Shown here: in pieces, positions 43,462 through 52,752 of the stretch
Position numbering within the stretch: position 1 is the first letter of the stretch
Layout: every line of letters begins with the position of its first letter
IMG/VR virus record: IMGVR_UViG_3300027815_000080
Location: 17,358 to 81,357 of that record
Origin: a virus
DNA length: 64,000 nucleotides
Strand: one strand, 5' to 3'
The notes under the pieces: model-generated
Databases searched by the model: none
The model's input: only the letters and a program-made list of their open reading frames with translations
What the model was told of the DNA's origin: nothing
Program-made: the position numbers and the translations under genes

Positions 43462-45032
43462 AGACAGTCAAGCGGTTCGGTGCGGGGATCCTCGTCGGGT
43501 TCCTGCTGGCCACTCTGTTCTCGGCCCCGTGGGTGTACCAGGCGTGGGCGATCGGGTCCTGCGCGGTCTTCCGGACGTGGAATACGGGTGACACGGTCAC
43601 CGCGGGCGACCTGAACTCGTCCTTCACGACCGCCGCGGTGACGAACTCGACGCCGCAGTGTCTCGACGACTACTCGGCGACCGTGAGCCAGATGCAGGCC
43701 ACGACCGACCCCTTCGCCTCCTCCACCGAGAGCCAGGCGACCAGCACGGCCGGCGAGATCGAGCGGCTCCGCTTCATGTTCAAGCAGATCTTCGGGCTGA
43801 CCCAGTGGTATCGGCACGACCAAGCCCCGACCTTCAGCTTCAGCCATATGAACGCGCAGGCCCTCCACCTCGGCTCGACCGGAGTTCCGGGCGGGACCGA
43901 CGCCCAGCAAAACCAGTTCCTCTCCCGCTTCCCGGTCCTCACGGGTCCAGACCACTGGACGGGGATCTGGTGGCCTCACAACACCGCGCACATGGCTTTC
44001 TCCTTCCGGGACGCCAACCACGCGGCGGGCGGGGTCCAGGGCGGCATCGAGCTCTTCCGGTGGCATGCCCAGGGGGTGGTCTTCCACCACACCGTCGCCC
44101 TGATGTTCCGGCACTCGGTAGCGAGCAACGGGGCGACCACGCACGTCACGGCGATCCAGATCGACCCGACCACCGACCAGCTGATCTTCGGGCACCGGGA
44201 AGCCGGCATGAGGCTGCGGGCGGCTGGGCTTCACGTCGGCGGGCTCGTCCAGGTTGGTTTCGGGGGGCATGTCACCGGCACGATCGGTGCCGGCACCGCC
44301 GAGGTGACCTTCGTCAGCGCCGCCTCGATCCAATTGGGTCATGGCGTGGTGCCGGTTTTCAAGGATGGCGTCTGGACGATGCGGGCCGTGTCCACGCCCG
44401 TGACGCTGTCCAACAGCGGGCTCTCAGCCGACACGCTGTACTACATATACGTCTTCGACAACAGCAACACCCTCACGCTCGAGGCCTCGACGACGGGCCA
44501 CGAGCAGGACGCAGCCTTCGGGGTCCGAGTCAAGTCCGGTGATCGCACCCGAACCTTGGTCGGCATGGTCCAGGTCCTCAGCAGCGGGTTTGCCGACCAC
44601 GCCTCCGGACGCCTGACGGCCACGTGGTTCGGCAGGCGGCTACGAGAAGCTCACGCCGTCGGCGGATTAGGCTCAGGCACAACGACGAGCACCGCGTATG
44701 TCTCGCTGGGCATCGAGTCCGTGGTCGGCGTGGTGACCTGGGGCGGCGAGGAGCTTACCTGCACCTCCGGGGGCGGTGACATCCAGAACAACACCGCCGG
44801 GGGGTTCGTCTTCGTGGCCTGTGCAGTAGACGGGTTTGAGTTGCCGGGGTCTGGCGGCGGGCAGTCTGTCGGCGCGGGCAATCGGTTCTTCTTCATCGCG
44901 CATGGTGTGCAGCAGAACGTTACCGAGGGGTTCCATCGGGTTTTCCCGATGTGGCGAGTCAATACCGGGACAGGAACGATAAGCGGCTCGGCCCCAGAAA
45001 TCCTCACCACGCGCGTCCGAGTTCTTCGGTAG
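43458..45032 (+). CDS. Tail fibre/spike with N-terminal Sec signal peptide
   Basis: Signal MKTVKRFGAGILVGFLLATLFSAPWVYQAWA, then W..GDTVTAGDLN fibre-anchor-like motif; beta-rich; follows nozzle. Confidence 0.65.
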   Translation: MKTVKRFGAGILVGFLLATLFSAPWVYQAWAIGSCAVFRTWNTGDTVTAGDLNSSFTTAAVTNSTPQCLDDYSATVSQMQATTDPFASSTESQATSTAGEIERLRFMFKQIFGLTQWYRHDQAPTFSFSHMNAQALHLGSTGVPGGTDAQQNQFLSRFPVLTGPDHWTGIWWPHNTAHMAFSFRDANHAAGGVQGGIELFRWHAQGVVFHHTVALMFRHSVASNGATTHVTAIQIDPTTDQLIFGHREAGMRLRAAGLHVGGLVQVGFGGHVTGTIGAGTAEVTFVSAASIQLGHGVVPVFKDGVWTMRAVSTPVTLSNSGLSADTLYYIYVFDNSNTLTLEASTTGHEQDAAFGVRVKSGDRTRTLVGMVQVLSSGFADHASGRLTATWFGRRLREAHAVGGLGSGTTTSTAYVSLGIESVVGVVTWGGEELTCTSGGGDIQNNTAGGFVFVACAVDGFELPGSGGGQSVGAGNRFFFIAHGVQQNVTEGFHRVFPMWRVNTGTGTISGSAPEILTTRVRVLR

Positions 45033-45045
45033 GGAGGCACTGACC

Positions 45046-46026
45046 ATGCGACTGAGGCTACTCTCTCTCCTGCTGGGCGTGCTGCTCCTTGCGGCGCCAG
45101 CGCAAGCCGCGACGCCGTTCTACGTCTCCGATTCCTTCACGTATGCCTTCCAGGACTTCGCAACGACCGGGGCGTGGCACTTCACGGGCCCGGCGAACAT
45201 GGAGCACGCCTGGGGTACCGGCCAGCCCGTGACCGTCGAGGCGCTGGGGACCGAGCTCGGCTTTGTCGCCTATGCCGACTCGCTCGCTGGCGTCAACGCC
45301 GATGTCTACATGTGCCTCTACGATCTCGGCAACGTGGTGAGCGGGATCGCCCAGCCGGTCCTCGTGGGTGGCCAGCCGGTCATCCTGAAGTACCTCACGA
45401 GCGGTGGGGCCGCGATGGGCGACGGGCTCCTGATAAACGGGGTGCACCGGGCGGGTCAATACAGCCGGGCGGGCCGGGCGCTCGTGGACCCGATCCGCCT
45501 CGGCGGCGTCACGACGCCGGCCACCGGCGGGCCGTTCCAGGTCGGGTCGCTCTTCCGGTTCTTCGGGAGCGTCCCGCAAAACACCGCCCTCGCCTATCAG
45601 TATTTCTTGCAGGGGCGGGTCCTGGACACGGTCCCGCCGCCGCCAGCGGGAACCGCCGGGGCCTTCCTCGCCTTCGTTGACGCCGGGGCCCTGACGGCGG
45701 GCCAGACCAAGTACACCGCCGCGTGGGCCGGATCGACCAGCGAGGGCGATGTCTACACTCAGATCATCGTGCCGCGGGCGGGCACGGTCAAGAGTCTGCG
45801 CGTGAAGAGCCAGGTGGCTCCCGGCAGCGGTCAGACCCACACGTTCACGGTCCGGAAGAACGGCGTGGACACCGGGCTCAGCGTGGTGCTGTCGGGCTCG
45901 GCCGTCTCGGGAGCGGATCTCGTGACCGAGGTCGCCGTGGCTGCGGGCGACATCGTGACCATGAAGGAAGTGGCGTCGGCCAGCGCCGCGACGACCACCG
46001 TGACGGCATCGGTGGAGGTGCAATAG
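45046..46026 (+). CDS. Secreted virion-associated protein
   Basis: Signal MRLRLLSLLLGVLLLAAPAQA; C-terminal PRAGTVKSL.V...PG....TFTVRKNG.DT beta-sandwich. Confidence 0.65.
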   Translation: MRLRLLSLLLGVLLLAAPAQAATPFYVSDSFTYAFQDFATTGAWHFTGPANMEHAWGTGQPVTVEALGTELGFVAYADSLAGVNADVYMCLYDLGNVVSGIAQPVLVGGQPVILKYLTSGGAAMGDGLLINGVHRAGQYSRAGRALVDPIRLGGVTTPATGGPFQVGSLFRFFGSVPQNTALAYQYFLQGRVLDTVPPPPAGTAGAFLAFVDAGALTAGQTKYTAAWAGSTSEGDVYTQIIVPRAGTVKSLRVKSQVAPGSGQTHTFTVRKNGVDTGLSVVLSGSAVSGADLVTEVAVAAGDIVTMKEVASASAATTTVTASVEVQ

Positions 46027-46036
46027 GGGGCTCGCC

Positions 46037-46498
46037 ATGGGCAGCAAGCCACACCAGATCGCCTGGTATCAGAGAAATCGTGAGCAGATCCTTGCCGCGC
46101 GGAAGGAGCGCTACGCCGCCATGACCGCCGGCGTGGAGTACAAAGCCCCAAAGCGGGTGAAAGCGTACCAGACCAAGGACGAGCGGGAAGCGTACATGCG
46201 GCGCTGGCGCGAGGCGAATCCGGATACGTTTGTCCGCCTGGGGGCCGGGGTTAGGCTCTCAGGGGCGGCTTATAACGCAATGCTGGCCCAGCAGGGCGGA
46301 CGCTGCGCGATCTGCGGAGATCTGCCGGGGTGCCGGCGACTGGCGATCGATCACGAACATGCACAACCTACTGTCCGTGGCCTCCTCTGCTTCAGGTGCA
46401 ATACGGCCCTCGGCTCTTTCCAGGACAACCCGGCGTTGCTTCGGGCGGCGGCGGGCTATCTTGAGAGGCATCAGTCGCGGCACTTGATGGAGGCCTAA
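46037..46498 (+). CDS. Endonuclease VII-type HNH endonuclease
   Basis: YNAML..QGGRCAIC...LAIDH.H....VRGLLC..CNTALG.F.DN...L..A..YL. Confidence 0.9.
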   Translation: MGSKPHQIAWYQRNREQILAARKERYAAMTAGVEYKAPKRVKAYQTKDEREAYMRRWREANPDTFVRLGAGVRLSGAAYNAMLAQQGGRCAICGDLPGCRRLAIDHEHAQPTVRGLLCFRCNTALGSFQDNPALLRAAAGYLERHQSRHLMEA

Positions 46499-48001
46499 AT
46501 GGGTGATTTTTTTGATTTTGGGTTCGACAGTTCGCTCAACTTCGACTTCCAGATGCCGGCGGTCGAGGACTTCAGCACCTACGACTACGGCAGCCCGACC
46601 TACGACTACGCCGCACCGGAGCCCTACACCTACGACTTCCAGCCGTCGGCCTTCGAGCTCCAGGGCCCGGTCTGGGACGCGAACTCCTGGATCCGGGAGA
46701 CGGCCGCGCAGGCTCCGTCGTACAGCCTCGGGGGCGGGTTCTCTCAACAGGGCCAGATCAGCCACTACGATCCCTCGACGGGGATCTACTTCGACACCGC
46801 CGGGAACCCGGTCCAGCCGCAGTCGGGCGGTCCGGTCGAGGGCCCCATGACACCGGGCGGTCAGGTGGCCGGGATCCAGGAAGGCACCGGCCTGACCTAC
46901 GATCCGGTCACGAACGGTTGGCGCAACGCGGCGGGGGAGATCGTCAACGCCGCTGGTCCGGCGGCCGGGGCCGCGGCGGGGGCTGGTGCCGGGCTCGTAG
47001 CGGGGCGTCCCGGTCAGCCAGGCGCCGCCGGCGGTGGCGGCTGGATGGATACCATCAACAGCTTCCTGAAGTCCCCGCTGGGCGGGCTGGCCACCGCGGC
47101 GGGCACCGGCTTGGCGGGTCTCGGGGTCAGCAAGTGGCTCGCCGGCGAGCCCCCGAAGACTCCGAACCCTCAGTTGGCACCCGGGGACCCGATCAACGCG
47201 GCCGGCCAGAACACGATGGCCCAGTTCTACGCCGACCAGGCGGCGCGGGACGCCGGGTATCAGGCCGAGCAGGCACCGGGCTACCAGGGGATCCGCAACC
47301 AGGCCATGACACTCATCCCGGGGCAGTTGAACCCGGTTGGCATGGAGACCTACCAGGACCCGGTGCAACAGGCCATGCAGGCCGAGCTCCTCGCCACGAT
47401 GCAGGGCGGCGCGACCCCGATGGTCGAGGAGCAGTTGCGGAAGGACTGGGCCACCCTCCAGAACACCATGTACCGGCAGTTGGGGAACAACCCGGATTGG
47501 CAGATGTCGAGCCCCGGCCAGGAGGCTGTCAACTCCTTCAACCGCAACGCGGCCATCGCCCGGCAACAGAGCAAGGACGCCCGCGTCGCGGCCTATGCTC
47601 CGGGAGAGGGGCAGCGCCAGCAGTGGGGCTATCAGGCTCCGGTCGAGCGGGCGCGGGCGCTCGGCGGCGAGCAGCGGGCCTACGTGGACACTCTCTCGCG
47701 CACGAGCGGCCTCGGGCGCATGGATCCGGCTTCGATCCAGGCCGGGCTGGGCGGGCAACCCGATCAGTACCGGGCGCTGATGACCAACCTCGGCTCACAG
47801 AGCCAGACCCTTGGGTACAACACCGCGCAGCAGGAGCGGCGCGATACCATGGCCGGCGTGGGCGGCATTGCGGGCACGGTAGCGGGCCAAATTGGCCAGT
47901 ACGGCAACGCTGATAGAATAGCCAAGGCCCTCCGCGAGCAGAACGGAGCCACCGCCGGGACCGGATCCTTCGGGGCTGGCGGCTGGGGGACGGGGTACTA
48001 A
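46499..48001 (+). CDS. Internal virion / DNA ejection protein (500 aa)
   Basis: Gly/Gln-rich, C-terminal GGIAG..AG motif; typical podovirus position. Confidence 0.65.
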   Translation: MGDFFDFGFDSSLNFDFQMPAVEDFSTYDYGSPTYDYAAPEPYTYDFQPSAFELQGPVWDANSWIRETAAQAPSYSLGGGFSQQGQISHYDPSTGIYFDTAGNPVQPQSGGPVEGPMTPGGQVAGIQEGTGLTYDPVTNGWRNAAGEIVNAAGPAAGAAAGAGAGLVAGRPGQPGAAGGGGWMDTINSFLKSPLGGLATAAGTGLAGLGVSKWLAGEPPKTPNPQLAPGDPINAAGQNTMAQFYADQAARDAGYQAEQAPGYQGIRNQAMTLIPGQLNPVGMETYQDPVQQAMQAELLATMQGGATPMVEEQLRKDWATLQNTMYRQLGNNPDWQMSSPGQEAVNSFNRNAAIARQQSKDARVAAYAPGEGQRQQWGYQAPVERARALGGEQRAYVDTLSRTSGLGRMDPASIQAGLGGQPDQYRALMTNLGSQSQTLGYNTAQQERRDTMAGVGGIAGTVAGQIGQYGNADRIAKALREQNGATAGTGSFGAGGWGTGY

Positions 48002-48005
48002 GCAC

Positions 48006-49568
48006 ATGGGCATCGGCGGTTACCTCGGGGCTTTTAACGAATCCTTCGTTCGTGGGCAAGAGAATGCCCGCCGACAGGGGCAGGCCGACCTTCGGGAGGG
48101 GTTGGCCCTGGACGCTGTCCGGCAGCAGGGGCAGGAGCAGCAGGACCTCGGCGGCCTGACCGGGGCGTTCCAGGCCCGCCGGGCCGCGCTGGCCAATCAG
48201 CCGCCACCCGCGCCCGGTGCCCCGCCGGCGGGCATGCCACCCCCGATGGTATCGCCCGACGCGATGATGGGCGGGACGGTGCCGGGGGTGACGCCACCCG
48301 CATCACCTGCACCCGGGATGGTTCCGTCAGGGACCGGTCCCGCTGGGGCCCCCGCCGACGAGGGACCCCGCCGGAAGAGCCTGCTCGAGTCCATCGACCC
48401 GGCCATGGCGGGCCGGCTCCTGCGGACCGGCGCGGGCCGCTCGGCGCTCAAGGACCTCGAGACCGCCGAGAAAGAGCAGGAGCAGGCCGACAACCGCAAG
48501 CTGGCCGAGACGGTCTTCACCGACGCGACCAAGGCCATGCGGGACGGAGACGCGCTCGGGTACTACGACAACGTGGCCAAGGCCATGCGGATCATGGGTC
48601 ACCACGAGTCCGCCGCGAAGTACCTGGAACACGCGATGAACCTCCGCGGCGACCAGGACGAACAGAAGAAGGCGAATGAGGACCTCGGGCGCTGGCTCAA
48701 GGCCCAGGCGGCCTACACCAACGATCCGAGCCCCGACAACTACAACAAGTTCATGGAGGATCTCGGGCAGGCCAACAGCAAGGCCTCGCGGGCGATGCGG
48801 GTCCAGATCGCCAACAACGTCCTGGCCAAGACCTTCGACCAGAACCCCAAGGTGGCGAGCTTCTCCCGCGGGCTGGCCGGGGCCTACCGCGATGCCTGGG
48901 CCACCGGCAAGGACCCGGATGTCGAGAAGATCTTCAAGGACCTGGCCGGCAAGGATCCCGGGGGGTTCCAGGCCTACATCTACGACGCCATGGTCGGGCA
49001 GAAGAAGCTCCCGGACGTGGTGGTTCGGAAGGTCCTGAAGTGGGAGGGGCAGGACAAGGACATCCCCAAGAACATCTCGGAGAAGGCGTGGCTCCGGACC
49101 CGCCAGCGGTTCCCGAGCCTCCGCGCCGATGACCCGAAGTTCCTCGAGGCGTGGTGGGCCGACGAGGTCAAAATGACCCGGGAGATGGACAAGGGGAAGA
49201 AGTCGGACGAGGGCCGGAAGGAGTTCCGGGCCGATCGGTCGGAGCTTCGCCAGCGCCTCAACGGGGTCCGGGGGGAGCTTCGCCGGGTGGACCCGGAAGA
49301 CTCGGCTCGGCTCATGGAGCTCCGGCAGGAAGAGGCCCAGGCCAAGGCCGACCTCGATGAGGCGGAGGCAGCGTATCGGAAACAGTCAGGAGTTCCGGAG
49401 GGTAAGCCGGCCGAGGTTAAGATTCCGGTGAATGCCCCGAATCCTAAGATCAAGCCAACAGACGAGAAATACCGCAATTCAGCGCGGGCCGAGATGACGC
49501 GGCTCGGGCAGGCCGGGTACTCGCGGGAGCGGGCCATCGCCGAGATGCGGAAGGCGGGGTGGCAGTGA
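48006..49568 (+). CDS. Internal virion / DNA ejection protein (520 aa)
   Basis: MGIGGYLGAF..SF..G start, helical; follows previous gene. Confidence 0.65.
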   Translation: MGIGGYLGAFNESFVRGQENARRQGQADLREGLALDAVRQQGQEQQDLGGLTGAFQARRAALANQPPPAPGAPPAGMPPPMVSPDAMMGGTVPGVTPPASPAPGMVPSGTGPAGAPADEGPRRKSLLESIDPAMAGRLLRTGAGRSALKDLETAEKEQEQADNRKLAETVFTDATKAMRDGDALGYYDNVAKAMRIMGHHESAAKYLEHAMNLRGDQDEQKKANEDLGRWLKAQAAYTNDPSPDNYNKFMEDLGQANSKASRAMRVQIANNVLAKTFDQNPKVASFSRGLAGAYRDAWATGKDPDVEKIFKDLAGKDPGGFQAYIYDAMVGQKKLPDVVVRKVLKWEGQDKDIPKNISEKAWLRTRQRFPSLRADDPKFLEAWWADEVKMTREMDKGKKSDEGRKEFRADRSELRQRLNGVRGELRRVDPEDSARLMELRQEEAQAKADLDEAEAAYRKQSGVPEGKPAEVKIPVNAPNPKIKPTDEKYRNSARAEMTRLGQAGYSRERAIAEMRKAGWQ

Positions 49569-49644
49569 CGCAGCGCGACTCGGCACGTGGAACATTTATG
49601 CCCCGGGGCAAAACCACTTTCGAGAGGGAGGGAGATGACAGGCC

Positions 49645-50244
49645 ATGGCTGAGAACGAGCCGATTCTAACCGTTGAGGACATCAAGAACATCGAGCTAGC
49701 GATGCCCATTATCCGGGCACTGACGAAGGTCGAGCCGCTGCTCGCCAAGGCCTCTCAAGCCCACACGCTGCTCGCCGACGTGAAGCGCCTCGAGGCTACC
49801 CAGGCGAGGATGAAGTCGGAAATCCAGGAGCAGCACGCCGTCGCGGTGCGAAACCTTGACAGAGCCCTCGATCAGGCCAGGGCCGCCGCTGAGGTGGAAG
49901 CCGCCCAGAAACAGGAGCATGCGGACGGCAAGCTCCAGGCCGCCGAGGATCATCTGAAGCGTCTCCAACGTGATGCAGAGCGCACGCAGGAAAACCTGAC
50001 ACAGACCAAACTGAAGCTGGACCGCGAGATCGAACTCCTCCGCCAGTCGATCGTGAGGCACAGCGAAGAATCATCCCAGGCGATCGCCAGGGCTCGGCAG
50101 GAGCTTGAGGCGACCAGGCAGGCCACGGCGAAGGAACTCGCCCAGCCGATCGCCGAGAAGGCCAAGCTCCAGCAGGACATCATGCACCTGAAGGCCGAGA
50201 AGCAGCGCATTGCCACAGAGCTCAAGGCTGTGCTGGGAGGATAG
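49645..50244 (+). CDS. Long coiled-coil protein
   Basis: Heptad-rich 199 aa; GGAG SD. Confidence 0.7.
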   Translation: MAENEPILTVEDIKNIELAMPIIRALTKVEPLLAKASQAHTLLADVKRLEATQARMKSEIQEQHAVAVRNLDRALDQARAAAEVEAAQKQEHADGKLQAAEDHLKRLQRDAERTQENLTQTKLKLDREIELLRQSIVRHSEESSQAIARARQELEATRQATAKELAQPIAEKAKLQQDIMHLKAEKQRIATELKAVLGG

Positions 50245-50248
50245 CCGC

Positions 50249-50572
50249 ATGGGCCAGTTCACCTCCGGAACGCCCGCCGACAATCCAACGGCCGGCACCA
50301 TCCTCGTGACCAGTCAAACGGTCACCGTGCCGCGCCAATACAAAGTTAAGGTCAGCATTGCGTCCGAGGGGAATTTCTGGGCAACCGTCACCCATCGGGC
50401 ATCCGGCGGAGGGGCCAGGACCTCGTTCTTTGTGCCTGTTGTCGGGCCGCTCTTGGGCCCGGCCGATCTGTATGAGACATATTTCCATTCCGGTGATTAC
50501 GTGGAGATCGCCGTGCGAGATGGTGCGCCGACCGTCGTCGGCACCGTTCAGGCGATCGTGGAGCTCCTATGA
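50249..50572 (+). CDS. Small beta-sandwich virion protein
   Basis: GGAGG SD; beta-rich 107 aa. Confidence 0.6.
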   Translation: MGQFTSGTPADNPTAGTILVTSQTVTVPRQYKVKVSIASEGNFWATVTHRASGGGARTSFFVPVVGPLLGPADLYETYFHSGDYVEIAVRDGAPTVVGTVQAIVELL

Positions 50573-51663
50573 TGAAGCGTCTCCCGGGTCTCGCGCTCAT
50601 TGCGGCTATCGTCGGGCTCCTCGTTGGCCCGTGGATGGTCCAGGCCCAGAATCCGGCCCAGCGCGTCATCATCATGGACGCGACGGGGACGCATGCCGCG
50701 ACCGTCTCGTCCGGCAACGCCCTGTCCACCTCAGCGGCCGTCACCGTCGATACGATCAGCCATATCACGTCCAAGACGCACATCGTGGGCAGCGTCCAGC
50801 TGACGAACCAGGCGGGGGCGGTGGTCACGGTGACGGGAACATCCCTTGACGTGAACTGCACGGGCTGCTCGGCGGCCTCCTCCGTTACCGTCAGTCACGT
50901 CGCGTCCGCGCTCCACCTCGCCGGCACCATCGGTGGGGCCCAACTCCACGTCCAGGGCCTCGGTATTCCGGGCCAAGCGCACGGGGGGGTCTTGACGATT
51001 CAGGGCGTGGCGGGAGGGGTCGCGGTCCCCATCTCCGGCACGATCACGGCCGGGGACGCGGTCAATGTCTTCCACCAGAGCACCATCCGGCATATCTCCT
51101 CCGTGACCCACATCCAGTCGGTCGGCCGGTTGGGCACAGATAGTCACCAAGGGGGAGCCTGGAACGTCTCGGCCGCCCAGTCTGGGTCGCTGACCGTGCA
51201 GGCCGCCCACCAAGGTGGCGAGTGGACGGTCGCCCATGTCTCGGGCGCGGTGCACGTCGCGGCCATCGCCCAACCCATTCATGTCGTCGGGGTCTCGATC
51301 GTCAACTCAACCTTCCCCCTGACCTGCCACTCCTCCCTGGCCTTCCACACCTCCGCGCGGGCGACCACCCTCGCGCATGCCAACTCCGGCATGAAGATCT
51401 ACATCTGCGGCCTGCTGCTCATCATGCAGAGCGCGGACCAGGTTTCGATCGTCGAGGGTCAGGGGACGGCCTGCGGAACTGGGCGAACGGAGCTCATCGG
51501 TCATACCACGGCCGCGCTGTCCCTGCCAGCCACCGGCGGCTTCTCTACCATCCAGCCCTTCCCGTGGATCAACAGTAAGACGGCCGGTAATGCGGTCTGC
51601 CTCGTCAAAGGCAACGCGACGGCGCACGTCTCCGGCGTCATCACCTATAGAGGAGCCTCATAG
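50569..51663 (+). CDS. Secreted fibre-like protein with His-spaced repeats
   Basis: Signal MMKRLPGLALIAAIVGLLVGPWMVQA; four H-[IV]-x-x-x-x-H-[ILV] units. Confidence 0.65.
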   Translation: MMKRLPGLALIAAIVGLLVGPWMVQAQNPAQRVIIMDATGTHAATVSSGNALSTSAAVTVDTISHITSKTHIVGSVQLTNQAGAVVTVTGTSLDVNCTGCSAASSVTVSHVASALHLAGTIGGAQLHVQGLGIPGQAHGGVLTIQGVAGGVAVPISGTITAGDAVNVFHQSTIRHISSVTHIQSVGRLGTDSHQGGAWNVSAAQSGSLTVQAAHQGGEWTVAHVSGAVHVAAIAQPIHVVGVSIVNSTFPLTCHSSLAFHTSARATTLAHANSGMKIYICGLLLIMQSADQVSIVEGQGTACGTGRTELIGHTTAALSLPATGGFSTIQPFPWINSKTAGNAVCLVKGNATAHVSGVITYRGAS

Positions 51664-51667
51664 AGCC

Positions 51668-52069
51668 ATGCCCACCACCATCGACCGCTTCTTCGCCGTC
51701 GTACAACTCTGCCAGAACCTCTCCACGATGCAGAACAACATGCGTCGGAACGTGGTGATCATCCAGCAGGGGAAGGCGGCGGGAACCATCGCCACGTTCG
51801 CCGATGCCCAAAAGGCCGTGCGCGACCTCGGCGCGGCCTTCCTCCAACGCCTTGCCATGAACAAGGCCATCTATGATGCCTTCCCCACGGAGGTGGCCGC
51901 CGGATCGGCCGCCATCGGGATCGGGCTCACGGACATGGCCGATGTCCACGCGCTCCTGATGACCTGGGCCACGAATCTCAACACCGCAACGATCACCAAC
52001 CAGACCCAGCTCGACAACGGCGTGGCGGCGGTGCTCGCCAACGTCCCAGTGGCAATGCTGCCCTTCTAA
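51668..52069 (+). CDS. Helical hypothetical protein
   Basis: GAGGAG SD; 133 aa. Confidence 0.65.
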   Translation: MPTTIDRFFAVVQLCQNLSTMQNNMRRNVVIIQQGKAAGTIATFADAQKAVRDLGAAFLQRLAMNKAIYDAFPTEVAAGSAAIGIGLTDMADVHALLMTWATNLNTATITNQTQLDNGVAAVLANVPVAMLPF

Positions 52070-52071
52070 CC

Positions 52072-52701
52072 ATGGCGTTCGATATGGGGTTCGATTTCCG
52101 CGAGACGGCGGGCTATGTCACCGATCCGACCTACGCGGTCCCCGTCCTGGGGGAAGCCTACCCGCACACCTACACGAATGGGAACGGCGACAGTATCAAT
52201 GCGGGATGGGTCAATGGGTTTCGGTCTAAAACCAACCGGGATAGCACGAAGGATGTCCGACTCGCTGGATTGAACAATGTCTATACGGATACGAACGGAG
52301 GCATCGGCGACTTCCGGATTGATCTAGCTAGCGGCTCGGCGCCTGGGGCGGGCACATACACAATAGACAATGCCATTGGGGCATACGATACCGCCTCCGC
52401 TGTTGATCTCGCAACACTCAAAGACAATACGACGGTCGTCCTTACGATGGTGTCGAGTTTTACGTCGACCATCGCGGGACATTTCCTTGATGCGACCGGG
52501 ATGGATCGTAACCCAGGAAGCGGATCGTGGGATTCTGTTCGTACAACGGCATCGGCGACCTTCGCAACGACGACGGCGATTTGCCATATTGAAAATACCA
52601 GTGCCAGCGGCAACGCAGCGCAATGGGCCCACTTCCGCCTGACGCTGGAGGAAGTTCCTACGGGTCCGAGTAGTTTGCTTCTATTGGGCGTAGGAAGATA
52701 A
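52072..52701 (+). CDS. Putative receptor-binding module ending LLLLGVGR
   Basis: Thr/Asn/Gly-rich beta protein; lower GC than flanks. Confidence 0.6.
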   Translation: MAFDMGFDFRETAGYVTDPTYAVPVLGEAYPHTYTNGNGDSINAGWVNGFRSKTNRDSTKDVRLAGLNNVYTDTNGGIGDFRIDLASGSAPGAGTYTIDNAIGAYDTASAVDLATLKDNTTVVLTMVSSFTSTIAGHFLDATGMDRNPGSGSWDSVRTTASATFATTTAICHIENTSASGNAAQWAHFRLTLEEVPTGPSSLLLLGVGR

Positions 52702-52752
52702 ATGGCTGACATCGCGTTGGGGGCTAGCATATATCGGGGCGCCCCATAGGTC

